DNA of 64,000 nt, taken from contig CAYUQB010000001.1 of assembly GCA_964446735.1 (NCBI GenBank), positions 380,460-444,459 of the forward strand, in the 5' to 3' direction. The DNA comes from an uncultured Candidatus Saccharibacteria bacterium (GTDB lineage: Bacteria; Patescibacteriota; Minisyncoccia; Phycocordibacterales; Phycocordibacteraceae). Both the position numbers and the translations under genes were made by a program. This document shows, in pieces, positions 58,758-64,000 of the stretch (its first letter is position 1; each line of letters starts with the position of its first letter). The notes beneath the pieces were generated by a model, which saw only the letters and a list, made by a program, of their open reading frames with translations, made no database searches and had not been told where the DNA came from.

Positions 58758-59743
58758 GGCGCTATACTACCTCTATGCGGCGGATGGCCCTTCTCGTCCT
58801 TCTTGCACTTGTCGCACTTCCTGCGCATGCGCAAATCAGCTCCACTGAATCCGTGGTGCTTTCTATTACACCAGAGAATCCGCGACCGTACGACACGGTA
58901 ACCGTGCTTCCGGAGAGTAGCTTGATAGATCTCGCGTCAGCCAAGATTAGCGTACTGGTGAACGGCACAGCCGTAGTGAGCGGGGGAGTACAGCGAGTTC
59001 CAGTAACGGTAGGGGGACCAGGAGACCGCACGACCATTCGTGTTGATGCGGTCGTTGGTGGCAAGACGTATACGGCCCAGCGGGTCATTCGACCAGCTGA
59101 CGTGTCGCTTATCACTGAGCCAGTTTCAAGCACACACCCTTTCTATCGGGGTGCACCGCTCATAGCGCCTAGTGGCCGCATCCGCGTCATTGCACTAGCT
59201 GATTTGCGAACAGCTCCTGCCACCCGTATTGCTCCAGCAAATCTTGTGTATACATGGAGCTGGGGGGACCGCGTACTTGCTGAATATTCAGGCATTGGGC
59301 GCTCGACCTTAAACCTTGCCGCCCCGGTTCGATATCGTGATGCTGAAATTAGCGTTACGGTAACCGATGCAACATCAAACCTCATCGCAAGCGCCTCGAC
59401 CTTCATTTCCCCAGTTGATGCAATTGCCCGCATCTATCCGACTGATCCACTTTCGGGTCCAGACTTCGACCATGCACTTTCAGGACGATTCGGACTTTCA
59501 GGGGAAGAGGCGGCATTTAGGGGAGTGGGGTACTTCTTTGGTGCGAAGCCATCCCTTACTTGGTCGATCAATAGCCAGCCAGCCAGCAACGACAACGAGG
59601 TGACGGTCCGTACAACGGGGAGTGGCCAGGGCTCAGCTGCGTTATCACTCACGGCACTTGAAAGCACGGCACAACAGAGTGCGACCGCGCGACTTCCAGT
59701 CGATTTTGGAACCGGAAGATCATTTAATATCTTTGGATTCTAG
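58754..59743 (+). CDS. secreted hypothetical protein
   Basis: signal peptide MRRMALLVLLALVALPAHA|QI; beta-rich. Confidence 0.4.
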   Translation: MRRYTTSMRRMALLVLLALVALPAHAQISSTESVVLSITPENPRPYDTVTVLPESSLIDLASAKISVLVNGTAVVSGGVQRVPVTVGGPGDRTTIRVDAVVGGKTYTAQRVIRPADVSLITEPVSSTHPFYRGAPLIAPSGRIRVIALADLRTAPATRIAPANLVYTWSWGDRVLAEYSGIGRSTLNLAAPVRYRDAEISVTVTDATSNLIASASTFISPVDAIARIYPTDPLSGPDFDHALSGRFGLSGEEAAFRGVGYFFGAKPSLTWSINSQPASNDNEVTVRTTGSGQGSAALSLTALESTAQQSATARLPVDFGTGRSFNIFGF

Positions 59744-59744
59744 T

Positions 59745-60710
59745 ATGATGCGCACGCTACTTTTCATCTCGCTTCTGCTTGCTCCCGCACTGGTATTTGC
59801 GCAGGGCACAGACTTTGTACCCTTGCTTCCATCGCTTCCCGGTATTGATACGCTTCAAACGCAAGATTCGCTCGCTCCATTCCTCTCTCAAATCTACAAG
59901 ATCTGTATCGGGCTTGCTGCCGTACTTGCGGTGCTCCAGATCATGCGGGCAGGAATCATGTACATGGGAGGCGACAGTATCACGGAGAAAAAGGAGGCGC
60001 GGGGTCTTATCGGCGCAGCGCTTGCGGGACTGTTGTTGGTTCTTTCACCTGTTATTGTGTTCAGCCTCATTAATCCGCAGATCCTTGAGCTCGATATTGG
60101 CGGCGACCGCTTGCGGTCTAACGTCGAGAGTCCGGGTCCTACAAGCTATACGGTTATTCCGGCAACTACCGCCGAGGAATGTAAAAAGAAGGGAGGCACC
60201 CCTACAGGAAACCCTCCCAACATTTTGTGCAAAGCACCCACCACCGAAGCGACCACTGCTGCGTCGTATGGTAATTGCAGCGATTACACAAACTTCCTGG
60301 TTACGACCGTTGATGGGAATTGTAACAACGCTGCAAATAACGACACTACGTACACCCGCATTCAGGTAAACAACCGATGTTGCTATGGGGGCAGCATCCA
60401 AACTGGATTCAAATGCTGTGCGGTGAACAAGAAAGACGTGACGGCACCACTCCCGGATGCAACAAAGCCCATAACTGTTATGGAATACGTTGACGGTACT
60501 ACCAAAAACTACGGACCACTCTCTGCCGCTGATAAAGAATCGTTCAGTAAATTCTCTGCCGCCTGTACCGCAGCACGAGGCAAGGTCATAAGAACGCAAA
60601 AAACCATTCGCGACTGTACTGCTGAGGAAGAAAAACTTATGACCGATGTCCCCGCTGAACGCCGACAATACATTGGATGCAAGACGGTGGATGTAGGATG
60701 TGCCTTATAG
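59745..60710 (+). CDS. VirB2/TrbC-like pilin with Cys-rich C-terminal extension
   Basis: signal peptide MMRTLLFISLLLAPALVFA|QG, then TM hairpin (IYKICIGLAAVLAVLQIMRAGIMYM - loop - LIGAALAGLLLVLSPVIVFSLI) typical of T4SS pilins, then ~200 aa with 12 Cys. Confidence 0.45.
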   Translation: MMRTLLFISLLLAPALVFAQGTDFVPLLPSLPGIDTLQTQDSLAPFLSQIYKICIGLAAVLAVLQIMRAGIMYMGGDSITEKKEARGLIGAALAGLLLVLSPVIVFSLINPQILELDIGGDRLRSNVESPGPTSYTVIPATTAEECKKKGGTPTGNPPNILCKAPTTEATTAASYGNCSDYTNFLVTTVDGNCNNAANNDTTYTRIQVNNRCCYGGSIQTGFKCCAVNKKDVTAPLPDATKPITVMEYVDGTTKNYGPLSAADKESFSKFSAACTAARGKVIRTQKTIRDCTAEEEKLMTDVPAERRQYIGCKTVDVGCAL

Positions 60711-60712
60711 CT

Positions 60713-61951
60713 ATGCGACGAATACTTCTCATCATCGGGGCGGTCATCATCCTCATCGGGATTGGAATTGGTATTTACTTCCTCTTCTTCCGAGGTGGCC
60801 CAGGACTGGTCATAGGTCCAGGCGATTTCCCAGGGTCAGGAAATACCGACGGCGAGCCAGAAGATGGGGTAGTCGGGGTGCAGGACATTGGGGTCGCACT
60901 CCCTGGTGCTGGTACGGAGATCGCACCACGGTTCCTGCGAATTTCGGATCGACCAGTTGCGTTCGGTGCGGCAGCGGTCTTTGTGCCGGGAACGACTCCG
61001 GTAGCAACCACGTCAGCAAGCAGCACCGTCGTAGCTCGGGATCCTGATGTGCGCGTGATGTATCTCGAACGCGAGAGTGGAAACGTCTACGCCTTTGAAG
61101 TCCACGCCCGCACACAGACTCGACGCTCAAACAAAACACTTCCTGGTATACAGGAAGCGAACTGGCTTTCTGATGGCTCCCTTGCGTTTGTGCGATTTCT
61201 TCAAGGAACAGGAGATGATGAACGTGTTGATACCTATGCACTCCCGGCTGATGGAGAAAATGGCTATTTCCTTGAACAGAACCTCGCCCAAGTCCTGGTG
61301 AAGGGAACAAGTACTTTGGTGACCGTACGCTCAACAACCGAAGGGTCTCAAGCGTCTGTTTCTACACCCACTGGCGGCGGTCTGCGCACACTTTTCTCGA
61401 CCCCACTTTCCTCAATTCTGATCGGCTACTCGGGTGCAAATTTCGTTGTGTGGACTAAGGGGTCTGCGCAAGCCAATAGCTACGCCTTCTTGGTTGATGC
61501 ACGAACCGGTGCGTTCACGCGTGCACTTGGTCCTTTGAAAGGATTTTCCGTGCTTCCAAGCCCAAGCGGCCGCTACCTTCTGTATAGCTACCTAGACCGA
61601 GGGAAGCTCGCGCTCGCAGCACTCGATCTCTCCACTCGAATTGCCACTCGGCTACCGCTTGCCACACTCCCAGAGAAATGTGCGTGGACCAGCGACGACC
61701 GAGCATTGTACTGTGGTGTCCCAACAGCGCTTCCTGGAACACTTCCTGATGACTGGTATCAAGGCGCCGTGCATTTTACCGACCGCATATGGAAAATCGA
61801 CTTGGGAAGTCGAGTGGCGACACTCGTCATAGATCCGAAGGAAGCAGGGGAGTTGGATGTTGACGCGGTTGGTCTTACGCTTGACCGCACGAATGACGTT
61901 CTGGTCTTCAAGAATCGACGTGACCACCTGCTCTACACCTACGACCTCTAG
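60713..61951 (+). CDS. membrane-anchored hypothetical protein (possible beta-propeller)
   Basis: MRRILLIIGAVIILIGIGIGIYFLFF anchor; ORF opens 60677. Confidence 0.4.
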   Translation: MRRILLIIGAVIILIGIGIGIYFLFFRGGPGLVIGPGDFPGSGNTDGEPEDGVVGVQDIGVALPGAGTEIAPRFLRISDRPVAFGAAAVFVPGTTPVATTSASSTVVARDPDVRVMYLERESGNVYAFEVHARTQTRRSNKTLPGIQEANWLSDGSLAFVRFLQGTGDDERVDTYALPADGENGYFLEQNLAQVLVKGTSTLVTVRSTTEGSQASVSTPTGGGLRTLFSTPLSSILIGYSGANFVVWTKGSAQANSYAFLVDARTGAFTRALGPLKGFSVLPSPSGRYLLYSYLDRGKLALAALDLSTRIATRLPLATLPEKCAWTSDDRALYCGVPTALPGTLPDDWYQGAVHFTDRIWKIDLGSRVATLVIDPKEAGELDVDAVGLTLDRTNDVLVFKNRRDHLLYTYDL

Positions 61952-62673
61952 ACCGTAGCGGGCGTTGGAGTGTTTGTGCGTCGCACAATGAATTCCTGGA
62001 AGATAGAAACGAGACTGCCGGTAATAAAGTAGAGGGCAATGGCGCCCGATGTGTACGCAGCAACGCCCACAATCAATGGGAGAATGTAGCGCATTTGGAG
62101 CGCCATTGCGCGTGCAATGTCAGCTCCTGGTCCTTCAACTTCTGCTGAAGGTGGCGGTACCGGAATGGCATACCAAGAATGAGCGAGCTGTGCGAATGCG
62201 GCAATGATCGCGAGGACAATGCTGTGACCGGTGATTGAAGCAAGTCCGAGAAATGCCACCGAGACAGCGTCCGGTACCGTAACAAACGGATACAGAATGC
62301 TTGGATCAATACCGGGCAATGACTTACTGCTAAATACCCAATACAGGCCAATAATCACCGGAATTTGAATAAGGAGGGGAAGGAGGCTGGCAAACGGATG
62401 CACCCCGTATTTCTTATACAGCGCCATCATTTCCTTCATCTGACGCTCTTGGTCGTTCTTGAATTTCTTGCGTACTTCCTTCAATTCAGGGTCCATTGCC
62501 TTCATGGCCTTTTGCGTGCGTGCGGCACTCATGGAGAGGGGCCAGAGCACAAACCGCACTATCAGCGTTGCCAGAATGACGGCAATCCCGAGGTCGCCCC
62601 CGGGGACTACATCAATCAATAAAACCAACAGGTTGTAGATCGGGGTATAGAGAACCGTGTGGAAGAATCCCAT
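61948..62673 (-). CDS. yidC: membrane protein insertase YidC/Oxa1 (short form)
   Basis: MGFFHTVLYTPIYNLL..., 241 aa, 5 TM; gene order with rnpA/rpmH. Confidence 0.85.
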   Translation of the reverse strand: MGFFHTVLYTPIYNLLVLLIDVVPGGDLGIAVILATLIVRFVLWPLSMSAARTQKAMKAMDPELKEVRKKFKNDQERQMKEMMALYKKYGVHPFASLLPLLIQIPVIIGLYWVFSSKSLPGIDPSILYPFVTVPDAVSVAFLGLASITGHSIVLAIIAAFAQLAHSWYAIPVPPPSAEVEGPGADIARAMALQMRYILPLIVGVAAYTSGAIALYFITGSLVSIFQEFIVRRTNTPTPATV

Positions 62674-62684
62674 ATCGCTCTACC

Positions 62685-63002
62685 TTATACTGTCGGCAAC
62701 GAAAGGAGAAGTCGATTGAGCTCGTCGGCAATCTTTTGGTAGGGAAGGGAAGGACCTCCGGCACGCGCATAGATAACGAATGAACGACCGGAACGTATAT
62801 GGGGTCGAATGGCAGTAAGTATGCGCCGCTTTAGTTGGTGCCGCGCAACAGACGTACGGGCAACCTTCTTTGAAACAACGGCGGCGGCCCTCCCTTCGAT
62901 TGAAGGCATAACAGTTACAGAAAAATGCTCAGACGCGGCACGATGGCCGCGTCCGGCGGTAGCGAAAGCGGCTCTAGAAAGACGCTTTGCTTTAGGAAGC
63001 AT
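62685..63002 (-). CDS. rnpA: ribonuclease P protein component
   Basis: MLPKAKRLSRAAFATAG...; basic 105 aa; position between rpmH and yidC. Confidence 0.8.
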   Translation of the reverse strand: MLPKAKRLSRAAFATAGRGHRAASEHFSVTVMPSIEGRAAAVVSKKVARTSVARHQLKRRILTAIRPHIRSGRSFVIYARAGGPSLPYQKIADELNRLLLSLPTV

Positions 63003-63004
63003 GG

Positions 63005-63148
63005 TTAGCCCGAAACGGAGAGGCTGGTGCGGCCTTTTCGGCGGCGGCGCGTGAGGACATTCTTGCCACCCGGAGTTGCAGAACGAGCTCGGAAACCGTG
63101 GGTAGTGGCGCGCTTACGCTTCTTGGGTTGATAGGTTCGCTTAGGCAT
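63005..63148 (-). CDS. rpmH: 50S ribosomal protein L34
   Basis: [47 protein letters not shown] (47 aa); found by manual translation, below ORF-track cutoff. Confidence 0.85.
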   Translation of the reverse strand: MPKRTYQPKKRKRATTHGFRARSATPGGKNVLTRRRRKGRTSLSVSG

Positions 63149-63155
63149 ATGATTG

Positions 63156-63164
63156 TTGTCCACA
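63156..63164. promoter_or_regulatory. candidate DnaA box (TTGTCCACA) in rpmH-dnaA intergenic region
   Basis: 8/9 match to TTATCCACA; partial TCCACAGA also at ~63275-63283 (reverse); putative oriC/dnaA promoter region. Confidence 0.35.
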
Positions 63165-63321
63165 GGATAGTACCAAGTTCTCCACTGGTGGGCAAGAACG
63201 CCTCATCCATAGGCTCATTTCTCAAGCTTTTTGAGCCACTAGCACACAGAGGGAACACCACGCAAGAGCAATTTTCTGTGGAGGTGTACGGACGGCATGC
63301 ACTCCCGTATACTTCACCCCA

Positions 63322-64000
63322 ATGCAGAAACTCGATGCGCGTGAACTTTGGGAATATGTGCTCACCCAAGTCGAGCTGTCTATCTCTCCTGCAAACTTCA
63401 ATACCTGGTTTCGGGATAGTTCTATCGTAAAAATCGAGGACGGTATTGTATATGTCGGTGTACCGAGCCAATTCTTTCGCGATTGGTACCTCAAGAAGTT
63501 CCATACGCTTCTTTTGAAAATCATCCGCTCTGTCTCATACGAGTACCGGAATATTGAATACGTGATTGTGAAGGACGATCGCCGGAAACCTAAGGAAATA
63601 CGTCGTTCTTCTGGGCCAATCCAAGTAGCAGAACTCCCACTCGACGAGTTCTATGTAAATAAAAGCGACAATCTCAACCCTCGCTATACGTTCGATACCT
63701 TCGTCGTCGGAGCGTTTAATGAGCTCGCGCATACTGCCGCGCAGGCGATTTTGAAGCGTCCAGGCATTATGTACAATCCACTCTTCATTTATGGAGAGAC
63801 TGGTCGTGGTAAGACACATCTTATCCAGTCCATTGGAAATCAGTACAAGAAGCTCTATCCGAACCGGAAAGTCTTCTACCTCACTGCGGACAAATTCGGA
63901 AACGAATACACCGATTCAATTCAACACGGAACGGCAAATCGCTTTAAAGAGAAGTACCGTCAGTACGACTTGCTCATCATGGATGATATTCAGTTCTTCG
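63322..64000 (+). CDS. dnaA: chromosomal replication initiator DnaA, N-terminal part (runs off window end)
   Basis: MQKLDARELWEYVLTQVELSISPANFNTWF...NPLFIYGETGRGKTHLIQSIGN (Walker A)...LLIMDDIQFF; upstream in-frame stop at 63232; not in ORF track because it is open-ended. Confidence 0.9.
   Translation, partial: MQKLDARELWEYVLTQVELSISPANFNTWFRDSSIVKIEDGIVYVGVPSQFFRDWYLKKFHTLLLKIIRSVSYEYRNIEYVIVKDDRRKPKEIRRSSGPIQVAELPLDEFYVNKSDNLNPRYTFDTFVVGAFNELAHTAAQAILKRPGIMYNPLFIYGETGRGKTHLIQSIGNQYKKLYPNRKVFYLTADKFGNEYTDSIQHGTANRFKEKYRQYDLLIMDDIQFF

Noticed and set aside
1-64000. CRISPR arrays, IS elements, rRNA genes
   Set aside because: No regularly spaced direct repeats, no transposase-like ORFs with terminal inverted repeats, and no rRNA-like sequence were seen. 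The only recurrent short repeat is the parS-like palindrome.

Overview
This window is an origin-proximal chromosomal segment from a small-genome bacterium. The gene content suggests a Patescibacteria/Saccharibacteria-like organism with about 50-55% GC, but that placement is inference. It ends in the classic rpmH-rnpA-yidC / dnaA origin arrangement; dnaA is truncated at the window end. It opens with the S10/str ribosomal operons on the minus strand, in the order rplD(partial)-rplC-rpsJ-tuf-fusA-rpsG-rpsL. These operons are interrupted at several points by short GC-rich gene cassettes, each followed by its own hairpin terminator. The cassettes include a 57-aa guaA ATP-PPase remnant, a KGG stress protein, a ParB/Srx-like protein and several hypotheticals. 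Other content includes housekeeping genes, a Gram-positive-style type IV pilus locus, four tRNAs next to the CCA-adding enzyme gene, a cluster of parS-like palindromes (TTTCACGTGAAA) in and around cca, and an XerC/D-like recombinase. The most striking feature is a 13-kb type-IV-secretion-like locus (about 49.0-62.0 kb) with no relaxase or coupling protein. It contains a giant VirB6-like polytopic protein, a PrgI/VirB3-like protein, a VirB4 ATPase split across two reading frames, and a VirB2/TrbC-like pilin carrying a 12-cysteine C-terminal domain. All calls are by eye from the sequence, motifs and gene order; no searches were run.
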